In this document: positions 33,096-52,039 of the stretch, one piece after another
How the letters are laid out: the number at the start of each line of letters is the position of its first letter
How positions within the stretch are numbered: the first letter of the stretch is position 1
NCBI GenBank assembly: GCA_963793725.1
Contig: CAWCAY010000005.1
Location: 219,196 to 283,195, forward strand
Reading direction: 5' to 3'
Length of the DNA stretch: 64,000 bases
From: an uncultured bacterium
Lineage (GTDB): Bacteria; JAUVQV01; CAWCAY01
The notes under the pieces: generated by a model
What the model was told of the DNA's origin: nothing
Seen by the model: only the letters and a program-made list of their open reading frames with translations
Database searches by the model: none
Position numbers and translations under genes: made by a program

Positions 33096-35195
33096 CTATC
33101 TCTCAGCCGATGCGGCCTTGCCCTTGTTCTTCTCGATGATCTCCTCGGCCACGCTGTTGGGAACTTCCCGGTACACGTCGAACTGCATGGTGAACGTTCC
33201 CCGCCCCTGGGTCAGCGAGCGGATGTCAGTGGCATACCCGAACATGTTCGACAGCGGCACGGTCGCCTTTATGACCCGGTAGTTGAGGCGCGCGTCCATG
33301 CTCTCGATGCGGCCACGCCGGCTGTTGATATTGCCGACCACCTCGCCCATGTACTCGTCCGGAACGATGACCTCGAGCGACATGATCGGCTCGAGGATCG
33401 TCGGCTTGGCCTTGGCCGCGGCGTTCTTGAAGGCCATGGAGCCGGCCACCTTGAAGGACATTTCCGAAGAGTCGACGTCGTGGTAATCGCCGTCGTAGAT
33501 GGCCACCTTGACATCGACCACGTGGTAGCCGGCCAGGACGCCCTTCTCCATCGTCTCGACCACGCCCTTCTGCACCGCCGGGATGTATTCCTTCGGCACG
33601 ACCCCGCCGACGATCTTGTTCTCGAAGATGAAACCCTCGCCGCGGGGGAGGGGCTCGATGGCCAGCCAGACGTTCCCGTACTGCCCGCGCCCGCCGGTCT
33701 GCCTGACAAATTTTCCCTGGGCCTTGGCGGCCACGGCGATGGTCTCTCGGTAGGCGACCTGCGGCTTGCCCACGTTGGCCTCGACTCCGAACTCCCGGAA
33801 GAGGCGGTCGACAAGGATCTCCAGGTGCAGCTCGCCCATGCCCCGGATGATGGTCTGGGCGGTCTCGGCGTTGAAGGCGATCTTGAAGGTCGGATCCTCC
33901 TGGGCAAGCTTGTGCAGGGCCATCGAGAGCTTCTCCTCGTCGGCCCGCGTTTTCGGCTCGATGGCGATGTCGATGACCGGCTCGGGGAAATCTATCGACT
34001 GGAGCAGGACCGGCCTCTTCTCGTCGCAAAGGGTGTCCCCGGTGACGGTCTTCTTCAGGCCGACCACGGCGACGATGTCCCCGGCGTAGACCTCCTTGAT
34101 CTCTTCCCGCTTGTTGGCGTGCATCTTCAGCAACCGGGCGAAGCGCTCCTTGTCGTTCCGGGTCGGGTTGTAGAAGGTCATCCCGCTCCTGGCCGTGCCG
34201 GAATAGACGCGCATAAAGGTGAGCTGACCGACGAATGGGTCGGTGACGATCTTGAAAGCGAGGGCGGCGAACGGTTCACTGTCGTCAGCCTTGCGAATCT
34301 CCTCGGAGCCGTCGTCGGGGTTCTTGCCGATGATCGGCGGGATGTCCTCGGGCGACGGGAAGAAGTTGACCACGGCGTCAAGCATCGGCTGCACGCCCTT
34401 GTTCTTGAACGAAGCGCCGCAGAGCACCGGGACGATCTCGTGGTTGATGGTCCGCTGACGGATGCTGGCGATGATCTCGTCCACGGTCGGCTCGTGCCCG
34501 TCGAGGTAGCGCTCGAGGAGGTGGTCGTCGTGGTGGACAACGTCCTCGATCATCTTCTCGCGATAGGCGTCGACCTTCTCGACCAGGTCGGCCGGCACGT
34601 CTTCCTCGTGGAACTTGGCTCCCAGGGTGTCCTCGTCCCAGATGATGGCCTTCCTGCGGATCAGGTCGACCACGCCCCGGAAGGAATCCTCCTGCCCGAT
34701 CGGGTACTGCAGCGGCACCGCCACGGCGCCGAGGCGGGTGCGGATCTCGTTGACCACGCGCTCGAAGTCGGCTCCCGTCCGATCCATCTTGTTGATGAAG
34801 GCGATCCGCGGGACGCCGTACTTGTCGGCCTGCCGCCAGACCGTCTCCGACTGCGGCTGGACGCCGCCGACGGCGCAGAAGACGGCCAAAGCCCCGTCGA
34901 GCACGCGCAGGGACCGCTCGACCTCGACGGTGAAGTCGACGTGGCCCGGGGTGTCGATGATGTTGATGCGGTGGTCCTTCCAGAGGCAGGTCGTGGCGGC
35001 GGAGGTGATGGTGATCCCCCGCTCCTGCTCCTGCTCCATCCAGTCCATGGTCGCGGCGCCGTCGTGGACCTCGCCGATCTTGTGCGAAACCCCGGTGTAG
35101 TAAAGGATTCGCTCGGTGGTGGTCGTCTTGCCGGCGTCGATGTGGGCCATGATCCCGATGTTCCGGGTCTTGGCCAACGGTGCCATTCTAGCCAC
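33096..35195 (-). CDS. fusA: Elongation factor G
   Basis: Track ORF, 699 aa, intact. [32 protein letters not shown]. Confidence 0.98.
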   Translation of the reverse strand: MARMAPLAKTRNIGIMAHIDAGKTTTTERILYYTGVSHKIGEVHDGAATMDWMEQEQERGITITSAATTCLWKDHRINIIDTPGHVDFTVEVERSLRVLDGALAVFCAVGGVQPQSETVWRQADKYGVPRIAFINKMDRTGADFERVVNEIRTRLGAVAVPLQYPIGQEDSFRGVVDLIRRKAIIWDEDTLGAKFHEEDVPADLVEKVDAYREKMIEDVVHHDDHLLERYLDGHEPTVDEIIASIRQRTINHEIVPVLCGASFKNKGVQPMLDAVVNFFPSPEDIPPIIGKNPDDGSEEIRKADDSEPFAALAFKIVTDPFVGQLTFMRVYSGTARSGMTFYNPTRNDKERFARLLKMHANKREEIKEVYAGDIVAVVGLKKTVTGDTLCDEKRPVLLQSIDFPEPVIDIAIEPKTRADEEKLSMALHKLAQEDPTFKIAFNAETAQTIIRGMGELHLEILVDRLFREFGVEANVGKPQVAYRETIAVAAKAQGKFVRQTGGRGQYGNVWLAIEPLPRGEGFIFENKIVGGVVPKEYIPAVQKGVVETMEKGVLAGYHVVDVKVAIYDGDYHDVDSSEMSFKVAGSMAFKNAAAKAKPTILEPIMSLEVIVPDEYMGEVVGNINSRRGRIESMDARLNYRVIKATVPLSNMFGYATDIRSLTQGRGTFTMQFDVYREVPNSVAEEIIEKNKGKAASAER

Positions 35196-35228
35196 TTGTA
35201 TCGTCTCCCCCGTTCCCGTTTCCTGGAC

Positions 35229-35699
35229 CTACCACCGGTAGTGCGCGAAGGCCTTGTTGGCCTCGGCCATCTTGTGCGTGTCTTCGCGCTTCTTGATGGC
35301 CCCGCCGGTGTTGTTGTACGCCTCGAGCAACTCCGCCGCGAGCTTCTCGCTCATGGTCCGGCCGGAGCGGCTCCGGGAGTAACCGATGATCCAGCGGAGG
35401 GCCAGGGCAATGCGCCGGTCGGGCCGGACGTCGACCGGCACCTGGTAGGTGGAACCGCCGACGCGCCGCGACTTGACTTCCAGGACCGGCTTAACGTTCT
35501 CGACCGCCTTGTTGAAGACCCTGATCGGGTCCTCGCCGGTCTTCTCCTTGAGGACCTCGAGGGCGGCGTACAGGATCTGCTCGGCGGTGCTCTTCTTGCC
35601 CCCGCCCATCATGACGTTGACGCACTTGGTCACGAGCGTGCTGCTGTAAAGGGGGTCCGACACTATCTTGCGCTTGGCGACTACTCTTCTTCTGGGCAT
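35229..35699 (-). CDS. rpsG: 30S ribosomal protein S7
   Basis: ATG 35699 inside track ORF 35229..35831. [27 protein letters not shown]. Confidence 0.96.
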   Translation of the reverse strand: MPRRRVVAKRKIVSDPLYSSTLVTKCVNVMMGGGKKSTAEQILYAALEVLKEKTGEDPIRVFNKAVENVKPVLEVKSRRVGGSTYQVPVDVRPDRRIALALRWIIGYSRSRSGRTMSEKLAAELLEAYNNTGGAIKKREDTHKMAEANKAFAHYRW

Positions 35700-35712
35700 G
35701 GGATCGATTCCT

Positions 35713-36087
35713 CTAGCTCTTGGGCCGCTTGGCGCCGTACTTCGACTTGCCCTTGCGCCGGTCCTGGACACCCATGGTATCGAGAGTCCCGCGGATGATG
35801 TGGTAGCGGACGCCAGGGATGTCCTTGACACGGCCGCCGCGGATGAGCACGATCGAGTGCTCCTGGAGGTTGTGCCCCACCCCCGGGATGTAGGCGGTCA
35901 CCTCGATGCCGTTGGTCAGTCGCACGCGGGCGACCTTCCGAAGGGCCGAGTTCGGCTTCTTGGGGGTCGTGGTGTAGACCCTGACGCACACGCCCCGCTT
36001 CTGCGGGCAGGCCTTCATGGCCGGAGTCGTCGTCCGGTTCTTGACCTGCTTGCGCCCCTTGCGCACCAACTGATTGATGGTCGGCAT
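35713..36087 (-). CDS. rpsL: 30S ribosomal protein S12
   Basis: ATG 36087 inside track ORF 35713..36102. [30 protein letters not shown]. Confidence 0.97.
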   Translation of the reverse strand: MPTINQLVRKGRKQVKNRTTTPAMKACPQKRGVCVRVYTTTPKKPNSALRKVARVRLTNGIEVTAYIPGVGHNLQEHSIVLIRGGRVKDIPGVRYHIIRGTLDTMGVQDRRKGKSKYGAKRPKS

Positions 36088-36305
36088 TCCTCTCTCTCCC
36101 AATTCATTTCCACGGCCACAAGGCCGCCGGTCGGGAATCCCCGACGGGGCATACTGCCCCCTTCACGTTACCGACATGAAAGGAAGGCGCTCGTCGCGCT
36201 CCGCCCTTCGAACCGTCCGATTGGTCCGGGCCTCTCACTGCGCGGGCCCGGCATCCATCACCTGGATGGGGTTGCCGTTTCTAGATTCACGGCAACGGAT
36301 CAATA

Positions 36306-36334
36306 TATATACGCGCCTTCGCCAAGCGTGTCAA
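36306..36334 (-). promoter_or_regulatory. Near-consensus sigma70 promoter of the str operon (TTGACA-17 nt-TATATA)
   Basis: The minus strand reads aggtaTTGACAcgcttggcgaaggcgcgTATATAttg, in the 275-nt rpoC-rpsL spacer. A leader of about 215 nt follows. Confidence 0.6.
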
Positions 36335-36362
36335 TACCTATTTCGGAGAACCTCGGCCGCGG

Positions 36363-44841
<8,479 letters not shown>

Positions 44842-44943
44842 TTCTAACCTCTTTCTCCCGCCATGCGGTGACGATCTGTCCTTCCTTCAAGACCGGCTAC
44901 TGCCGGCCATCAGTCACTTCGAATGCCACAACCCCCGTCAAGG

Positions 44944-44972
44944 GAAAAGGGACGGCCCCCGAGGAGCCGTCC
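44944..44972 (-). terminator. rplL-rpoB intercistronic hairpin (attenuator-type partial terminator)
   Basis: The minus strand reads GGGACGGC-uccucgggg-GCCGUCCC followed by UUUUCCC, about 27 nt after the rplL stop in the 157-nt spacer. Confidence 0.55.
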
Positions 44973-44998
44973 CGTTCTGGTCTTCCATCGGGGCCACG

Positions 44999-45379
44999 CT
45001 ACTTGATTTCGACGGTTGCCCCCGCCTCGACAAGCTTCTTCTTGATCTCCTCGGCCTCTTGCTTGCTGACCTTCTCCTTGACCGGCTTGGGAGCGCCATC
45101 CACCAGGTCCTTGGCCTCCTTGAGGCCGAGGCTGGTGACGCCGCGGACTTCCTTAATGACCTGGATCTTCTTTTCGCCGGCGCTCATCAGGATGACGTCG
45201 AACTCGGTCTGCTCCTCGGCGGCGGCCGGAGCGGCGGCGCCAGCAGCAGCGGCCACGGCCACCGGTGCGGCGGCGGAAACGCCGAACTTCTCCTCCAGTT
45301 CCTTGACGAAGTCGGCCAGTTCCAGAACGGTCATGTTCTCGATGAAGCCGACGACATCCTCTTTGCTGATCTTGGACAT
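44999..45379 (-). CDS. rplL: 50S ribosomal protein L7/L12
   Basis: ATG 45379 inside track ORF 44999..45433. [46 protein letters not shown]. Confidence 0.96.
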   Translation of the reverse strand: MSKISKEDVVGFIENMTVLELADFVKELEEKFGVSAAAPVAVAAAAGAAAPAAAEEQTEFDVILMSAGEKKIQVIKEVRGVTSLGLKEAKDLVDGAPKPVKEKVSKQEAEEIKKKLVEAGATVEIK

Positions 45380-45443
45380 GCTCTCGATCCTCCCTTGCTC
45401 AGACAGCGAATGTTGATGACCATGAAGGCGCACCGAGACAAGC

Positions 45444-45962
45444 TCAGGCGCCCTTCTTCTCCTTGTAGGCGTTCAGGACGCCGACCAGGCCGCGGAGCGG
45501 ATTGCCCAGCGTGCCGACCATCCTGGTGAGGGGCGCGGTGAGCGACCCCAGCATCTTGGCCAGCAGCACCTCTCGCGACGGCAGTGTGGCGATACGGCCC
45601 AGTTCCGCCGACGAGAACACGCTCCCGCCGAGGACGCCGCCCTTGATCTTGAACGACTCGTTCTCCTTGGCGAAGCCGGTCAGCACCTTGAGCACCACAA
45701 CCGGGTCGCCGCTGCCAATGGTGATGGCCGTCGGCCCCTGGAGGAAGGTCGAGATCCCGGCGAACGGCGTCTCGGGAACGGCCTTCTTGGCGAGGGTGTT
45801 CTTGATCACCTGCAGCCGGGCTCCGGACTTGCGGCAACTCCGGCGCAGCACGCTGATCTTTTCCACGTCCAGCCCTCGGTAGTCGGCGACCACCATGAGG
45901 CTGGCCGTCCCGAGCGACTCGCGCAGCTCGGTGACTAGGTGTTCCTTCTGTTCCTTCTTCAA
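45444..45962 (-). CDS. rplJ: 50S ribosomal protein L10
   Basis: Track ORF, 172 aa. Lies between rplA and rpl[19 protein letters not shown]. Confidence 0.95.
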   Translation of the reverse strand: MKKEQKEHLVTELRESLGTASLMVVADYRGLDVEKISVLRRSCRKSGARLQVIKNTLAKKAVPETPFAGISTFLQGPTAITIGSGDPVVVLKVLTGFAKENESFKIKGGVLGGSVFSSAELGRIATLPSREVLLAKMLGSLTAPLTRMVGTLGNPLRGLVGVLNAYKEKKGA

Positions 45963-46119
45963 ATGACCTCCTTTCCTCTCAGCAGGGTCAGGAGACCACG
46001 TGTACCCGTTGTGGGGTGTTCACGGTCTCGGCAGGCGGCCCTTGCCATTACCCTCCCGCAATCCCGGGAGGACCTGCTGTCTACGACCCGCCCTGATGCG
46101 TCACGTTATCTCGACAGGC
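45963..46119 (-). promoter_or_regulatory. Untranslated rplA-rplJ spacer; candidate L10 autoregulatory leader
   Basis: A 157-nt gap in an otherwise tightly packed operon. It contains a GC hairpin CCTCCCG-N6-CGGGAGG (46042-46061). Match to the known L10 leader family cannot be verified by eye. Confidence 0.25.
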
Positions 46120-46818
46120 CTACTTGGCCTGCAAACTGGCCGTGTCCAGCTTGATCCCCGGGCCCATGGTCGAGGAGATGACCACGGCCTTGAGGAAGGT
46201 GCCCTTGCTGGTTGCCGGCTTGCTCCTCATGATGCTGTCCATCAGAGTCCGGAAGTTCTCGGCCAGGGCCTGTTCGTTGAAGGAGACCCGGCCGACCTGG
46301 GCGTGGATGATGCCGCCCTTGTCAACCCGGTACTCCACCTTGCCCGCCTTGATGTCGCGGATCGCCCGGGCGACGTCGACGGTGACCGTGCCGGTCTTGG
46401 GATTGGGCATCAGACCGCGGGGGCCGAGCACCCGGCCGAGCTTTCCGACCAAGCCCATCAGGTCGGGCGTGGCCACTGCGGCGTCGAAGTCGGTCCAGCC
46501 CTTCTGGATCTTGTCCACCAGGTCATCCGCCCCGACGATATCGGCGCCGGCTTCCTGTGCCTCCCTCTCCTTCTCGCCCTTGGCGAAGACCAGCACCCGG
46601 ACCGTCTTGCCGGTGCCGTGGGGCATGACCACCGCGCCCCGGACCATCTGGTCGGTCTTCTTCGGATCGACGCCCAGCTTCACGGCCACGTCGACCGACT
46701 CGTCGAACTTGGTGTACTTGGCCTGCTTGACCAGGGCAACCGCCTTCTCAAGCGGGTATTTCTGGGCCCGGTCGATGGCCGCCGCGGCGGCCTGGTATTT
46801 CTTGCCTCTCTTCGGCAT
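46120..46818 (-). CDS. rplA: 50S ribosomal protein L1
   Basis: Track ORF, 232 aa. [32 protein letters not shown]. Confidence 0.96.
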   Translation of the reverse strand: MPKRGKKYQAAAAAIDRAQKYPLEKAVALVKQAKYTKFDESVDVAVKLGVDPKKTDQMVRGAVVMPHGTGKTVRVLVFAKGEKEREAQEAGADIVGADDLVDKIQKGWTDFDAAVATPDLMGLVGKLGRVLGPRGLMPNPKTGTVTVDVARAIRDIKAGKVEYRVDKGGIIHAQVGRVSFNEQALAENFRTLMDSIMRSKPATSKGTFLKAVVISSTMGPGIKLDTASLQAK

Positions 46819-46832
46819 GGCGCGTTCCTTCC

Positions 46833-47258
46833 CTAATCGGTTATTTCGATGCCCATGCTGCGGGCCGTCCCGGCGATGACCTTGACGGCTGCGGGCACAT
46901 CATTGGCATTGAGGTCGGGCAGCTTGAGGCGGGCGATTTCCTCGACCTGCTTGGCGGTCACCTGTCCGACCTTCTCCTTCAGCGGATTGGACGACCCCTT
47001 TACCACGCCGGCGGCCTTCTTCAACAGAATCGACGCCGGGGGAGTCTTCTTGATGTAGGTGAAGCTCCGGTCGCTGTATACGGAGATGATCACCGGGATG
47101 ATGGTCCCTTCCTGGCTCTGCGTGTCGGCGTTGAACGCCTTGCAGAATTCCATGATGTTCACCCCATGCTGGCTGAGGGCCGGCCCGACCGGAGGGGACG
47201 GATTCGCCTTGCCGGCGGGGAGCTGCAGCTTGACTTTGGCCACTTCTGTCTTCGCCAT
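46833..47258 (-). CDS. rplK: 50S ribosomal protein L11
   Basis: Track ORF, 141 aa. [34 protein letters not shown]. Confidence 0.96.
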   Translation of the reverse strand: MAKTEVAKVKLQLPAGKANPSPPVGPALSQHGVNIMEFCKAFNADTQSQEGTIIPVIISVYSDRSFTYIKKTPPASILLKKAAGVVKGSSNPLKEKVGQVTAKQVEEIARLKLPDLNANDVPAAVKVIAGTARSMGIEITD

Positions 47259-47279
47259 GACAATACCCTCGTTTCGTGA

Positions 47280-47849
47280 TTACAGCTTCTCCACCTGGAG
47301 AAAATCGAGCTCCACCGGCGTGGAGCGTCCGAAAATGCTCACCATGACCTTCAATTTGCCCCGCTCCTCGTTGACCTCGTCGACCACGCCGACGAAGGTG
47401 GAGAAGGGGCCGTCGACGACCCGGATCGGCTCGCCGTGGCGGAACTTGACCTTCGGCTTGGGCTTGGTGCCGTCCTCGGTCATCTGGTCGACGATCTCGC
47501 GGATCTCCTCCTCGGAGAGCGGGCTCGGGGTCATCTTGCCGCCGAGAAATCCGGTGATCTTGGGGGTGTCCTTGACGATGTGCCAGGTCTCGTCGTCGAG
47601 CCGCATCCTCACCAGGAGATAGCCCGGGAAGATCTTCCGCTCGGAGACCCGCCGCTTCCCCTTGTGGAGTTCGACCACCTCCTCGGAGGGAACGAGAATC
47701 TCCTGCAAGTCCTGGCCGTGCCCCGAGGCCTTCATCCGCTCCATCAGGCTCAGCTTGACCTTGTTCTCGAAACCGGAGTAGACGTGGATGGCGTACCACT
47801 GGTAATCAGCGGCCACGCCCTCATCCAGTTTCTGTTCCTCGGCAGTCAT
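47280..47849 (-). CDS. nusG: Transcription termination/antitermination factor NusG
   Basis: Track ORF, 189 aa. [17 protein letters not shown] region [18 protein letters not shown]. Confidence 0.95.
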   Translation of the reverse strand: MTAEEQKLDEGVAADYQWYAIHVYSGFENKVKLSLMERMKASGHGQDLQEILVPSEEVVELHKGKRRVSERKIFPGYLLVRMRLDDETWHIVKDTPKITGFLGGKMTPSPLSEEEIREIVDQMTEDGTKPKPKVKFRHGEPIRVVDGPFSTFVGVVDEVNEERGKLKVMVSIFGRSTPVELDFLQVEKL

Positions 47850-47879
47850 GCGTCCGTTACCTCGTATTGGCTCTAGGAG

Positions 47880-48065
47880 TTATCCGATGATGATGCCCAT
47901 GATCTTGGCCAGGGCGCCATCGATGATGGCCAGGAAGACCCCCAGCATGAGGATGAGCGCGATGACCACCACCGTCGAATTGACCGTTTCCCGGCGCGTC
48001 GGCCAGCTAACCTTCCGCAACTCGACGGCGGCATCCTTCAGGAACGCCTTGATCTTCTCAAACAT
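47880..48065 (-). CDS. secE: Preprotein translocase subunit SecE (61 aa, single TM)
   Basis: ATG 48065 inside track ORF 47880..48095. The upstream ATG would overlap tRNA-Trp. ELRKVSWPTRRETVNSTVVVI. Confidence 0.88.
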   Translation of the reverse strand: MFEKIKAFLKDAAVELRKVSWPTRRETVNSTVVVIALILMLGVFLAIIDGALAKIMGIIIG

Positions 48066-48094
48066 GTTCGACCCCGCTACCCCCTTCGAGAACA

Positions 48095-48171
48095 TGGCAG
48101 GCCAGGAGGGATTCGAACCCCCAACACCCGGATTTGGAGTCCGGTGCTCTAGCCGTTAGAGCTACTGGCCT
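48095..48171 (-). tRNA. tRNA-Trp (anticodon CCA), CCA end encoded
   Basis: Hand-folded cloverleaf. Acceptor AGGCCAG/CTGGCCT. Anticodon arm CCGGA-CTCCAAA-TCCGG. T loop TTCGAAT. Confidence 0.9.
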
Positions 48172-48200
48172 GCGGCAACTACCGTTTTCCAACGAATGCC

Positions 48201-48350
48201 CTACTTCGACTCCTTGTGAGGAGTGTGCGTCCGGCAGAAGCGGCAGTACTTCTTCAACTCCAGCTTGTCCGGAGAGTTCTTCTTGTTCTTGGATGTCCGG
48301 TAGTTGCGCTGCTTGCACTGCGAACATGCCAAGGTGATGTTCTCCCTCAT
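48201..48350 (-). CDS. rpmG: 50S ribosomal protein L33
   Basis: Hand translation gives [49 protein letters not shown]. Too short for the ORF track. Confidence 0.92.
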   Translation of the reverse strand: MRENITLACSQCKQRNYRTSKNKKNSPDKLELKKYCRFCRTHTPHKESK

Positions 48351-48362
48351 GTCGATCCTCGC

Positions 48363-49556
<1,194 letters not shown>

Positions 49557-49587
49557 CGACCCCCTCCTTGCCGAAAACCCGAAGACA

Positions 49588-49663
49588 TGGAGCCCAGGAC
49601 CGGGATTGAACCGGTGACCTCATCCTTACCAAGGATGTGCTCTACCGACTGAGCTACCTGGGC
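49588..49663 (-). tRNA. tRNA-Thr (anticodon GGT), CCA encoded
   Basis: Acceptor GCCCAGG/CCTGGGC. Anticodon arm CATCC-TTGGTAA-GGATG. T loop TTCAATC. Confidence 0.9.
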
Positions 49664-49713
49664 CCTTCCCTTGAACCGGTCACGTTCAAATGCCACGGGC
49701 CCCCCCGTGGAAT

Positions 49714-49790
49714 AACTGGAGCGGGAAACGGGATTCGAACCCGCGACCCTCAGCTTGGAAGGCTGATGCTCTAGCCAACTGAGCTACTCC
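49714..49790 (-). tRNA. tRNA-Gly (anticodon TCC), CCA encoded
   Basis: Acceptor GCGGGAG/TTCCCGC. Anticodon arm TCAGC-CTTCCAA-GCTGA. T loop TTCGAAT. Confidence 0.9.
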
Positions 49791-49829
49791 CGCCCGAGCG
49801 TTCTGGTCGATCGCCCCGCCGCATCGTAA

Positions 49830-49915
49830 TGGTGGGGAGGGGAGGATTCGAACCTCCGAAGGCGTCCGCCGACAGATTTACAGTCTGTTCCCTTTGACCG
49901 CTCGGGAACCTCCCC
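49830..49915 (-). tRNA. tRNA-Tyr (anticodon GTA), long variable arm, CCA encoded
   Basis: Acceptor GGGGAGG/CCTCCCC. Anticodon arm ACAGA-CTGTAAA-TCTGT. Variable arm GGCGGACGCCTTC. Confidence 0.9.
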
Positions 49916-49930
49916 ATGCCTGCGACCCTA

Positions 49931-50002
49931 AGCCGATGAAGGGAATCGAACCCCCAACCTACTGATTACAAATCAGTTGCTCTACCGTTGAGCTACATCG
50001 GC
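49931..50002 (-). tRNA. tRNA-Thr (anticodon TGT), CCA not encoded
   Basis: Acceptor GCCGATG/CATCGGC. Anticodon arm ACTGA-TTTGTAA-TCAGT. T loop TTCGATT. Confidence 0.88.
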
Positions 50003-50024
50003 GCACACTACGACGCGAACAATC

Positions 50025-50070
50025 AATTTACCCTGCAAATGCGGGGGTGTCAAGGAAATTTATTGACCGG
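50025..50070 (-). promoter_or_regulatory. Near-consensus sigma70 promoter with AT-rich UP-like element for the tRNA-tuf operon
   Basis: The minus strand reads ggtcAATAAATTTCCTTGACAcccccgcatttgcagggTAAATT (TTGACA-17 nt-TAAATT). The -10 overlaps the TAA stop of the TPR gene. The tRNA-Thr 5' end lies about 22 nt downstream. Confidence 0.6.
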
Positions 50071-51299
50071 CCGAGACCCTCTCTCTTGCCTTCCTGGTAC
50101 TCCGTGTTTCCCGGCAGCAACTTCGCCGCCCGGCCATAGAAAGTCCCGGCCTCGTCCAGCCTTCCCTCGGCCTCCCGGATCCTCCCTTTCAAGTAGAGCA
50201 TCCCGTGATCCCCCTGGGCGAGCGCTTCGACCGGTTCAATTACCCGCGCCGCGGTCAGGTACATCCCGTGCCCGACGAGGAAGGTGGCATACTCCTTGCG
50301 ATGATCGAGGTTCATCGGTTCCTGCTCGACGACCTGCCGGAGCAGCTCGGCGGCTTCCTGCCAGGAACCGCCCGAGGCGATGACCGTCCGGGCGAGCAGC
50401 AGCCGGCTCGCAGCATCGGGACGCCAATCGACCACTTGGCGCAGGATGCTCACCGCCGGCCCGTACTTCCCCCGGTTGACCAGGCGCCGGGCGACTGACA
50501 TCAGGAAGAACGCCTTCTCGGGAGTCCAGGTAAGCCCCTCGATCCCCATCCGCCATCTCTCCCATGCGTCCCCTTCGACCGCCTCCTCCGACAACCTCCA
50601 CAGCCCGGTGATCGCCGTGCCGTAGATGCTCACGCACTCCGCCGGGGAGAAGAGACCCGAACCGACCAGGGAGTCGTAGCGTTCCACGGGAATCCAGCCC
50701 CGGCCCGCCAGGAAAGCCCCCGTGTCCACCACCGCCCGCCGCCTCGGCTCATCCCCGAACAGGCCGCGAAGCCGCGGAGTGACGGCCACATCCTCGGCCA
50801 GGGCGAGGAACCTGAGCGCCAGCGTGGGTTCGGCCGGATACCTCCTCGCCAGGGCCGCCGCCCGATCGAAGGCGAGGGCCGCCCCCTCGGCGGTCCGGGA
50901 TGCCAGGAGGTCGACGTGGTGGATGCTCATCAGGAGCCGCATGTCGGCCGGAGACCGTTCGAGGGCCTTCACCAGGTGCTTGCGGGCCCGATCGAGGAGC
51001 GCCGGACTCGGGTTACCGCGCCGGGCGAGGGTGAAGAAGGCCTCACCGACGCCGCGCTCCCCTTCGGCGCCCCCCCCAAGGCGACCGGAGACCTTCGAGT
51101 AGACCGATATCGCTGCGGCCACATCCCCCCGCTCGACCAGTTCCCGGGCCGACTCGGCGTCCCGGTCGGCCAAGCCGGCAATGCCCAGCCACCAGCTCGC
51201 CAGGAATGCCGCCACCAGGATCACGGCGGCGCCGAAGCCCCTCGCCAACCGGCCGGGGCGGCCCGATCCTCCGCGATCCACCGCCACCGGGACGTTCAC
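50028..51299 (-). CDS. Membrane-anchored TPR-repeat protein (hypothetical, 423 aa)
   Basis: Lower part of track ORF 50028..52109. GTG 51299 overlaps the TerC stop (GTGA). N-terminal TM segment GFGAAVILVAAFLASWWLGIAG, followed by helical repeat sequence. Confidence 0.6.
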   Translation of the reverse strand: MNVPVAVDRGGSGRPGRLARGFGAAVILVAAFLASWWLGIAGLADRDAESARELVERGDVAAAISVYSKVSGRLGGGAEGERGVGEAFFTLARRGNPSPALLDRARKHLVKALERSPADMRLLMSIHHVDLLASRTAEGAALAFDRAAALARRYPAEPTLALRFLALAEDVAVTPRLRGLFGDEPRRRAVVDTGAFLAGRGWIPVERYDSLVGSGLFSPAECVSIYGTAITGLWRLSEEAVEGDAWERWRMGIEGLTWTPEKAFFLMSVARRLVNRGKYGPAVSILRQVVDWRPDAASRLLLARTVIASGGSWQEAAELLRQVVEQEPMNLDHRKEYATFLVGHGMYLTAARVIEPVEALAQGDHGMLYLKGRIREAEGRLDEAGTFYGRAAKLLPGNTEYQEGKREGLGRSINFLDTPAFAG

Positions 51300-52039
51300 T
51301 GTCCCCCCGTCTCCCGGGCCGGCGCGACCGATTCGAACTTCCGGACGCGGATGTTCAGCATCTCGACCAGGAGCGAGAAGGCCATCGAGAAGTAGATGTA
51401 CCCCCGCGGGACGTGCCGCCCGAACCCTTCGGCCACCAGGACCACGCCGATCAGGATAAGGAAGGAGAGGGCCAGCATCTTCATTGTCGGGTGGTGCTCG
51501 ATGAACTCCGAAACGGCGCCGGCGAAGAACATCATCACCCCGACCGCGGCGACGATGGCCGCCACCATGACCGGGATGGAACTCGACATGCCCACGGCGG
51601 TGATGACCGAGTCGAGCGAGAAGATGATGTCCAGAAGCATGATCTGGATGACCGCGCCCCGGAACGACGCCGCCTCGTGCGCCGCGCCGGCGTGGTGCTC
51701 GAGAGGGCCCTCGATCTTGTCGTGGATCTCGAAGGTCGCCTTGCCGACCAGGAAGAGGCCGCCGATGACCAGGATCAGGTCGCGTCCCGAAACCGGGTGC
51801 CCCATGACGGCGAAGAGCGGCTTGACAAGGCGCATCACCCAGGCGATGCCCAACAGCAGCAGGACCCGGGTGGCCATGGCCCCGACCAGGCCGATCTTCC
51901 GCGCCCGGTTGCGCATCTTCGCCGGCAGGCGGCCGGTGATGATGGCGATGAAGACGATGTTGTCGATGCCCAGGGTGATCTCCAGGGCGATCAGCGTGAG
52001 CAGCGCCAGGGCGTTCTCCCAGGTGAACAGCAGGCTCAT
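51296..52039 (-). CDS. TerC-family integral membrane protein
   Basis: Track ORF, 247 aa. [15 protein letters not shown] and [16 protein letters not shown] (the two TerC signature repeats). Confidence 0.85.
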   Translation of the reverse strand: MSLLFTWENALALLTLIALEITLGIDNIVFIAIITGRLPAKMRNRARKIGLVGAMATRVLLLLGIAWVMRLVKPLFAVMGHPVSGRDLILVIGGLFLVGKATFEIHDKIEGPLEHHAGAAHEAASFRGAVIQIMLLDIIFSLDSVITAVGMSSSIPVMVAAIVAAVGVMMFFAGAVSEFIEHHPTMKMLALSFLILIGVVLVAEGFGRHVPRGYIYFSMAFSLLVEMLNIRVRKFESVAPARETGGQ

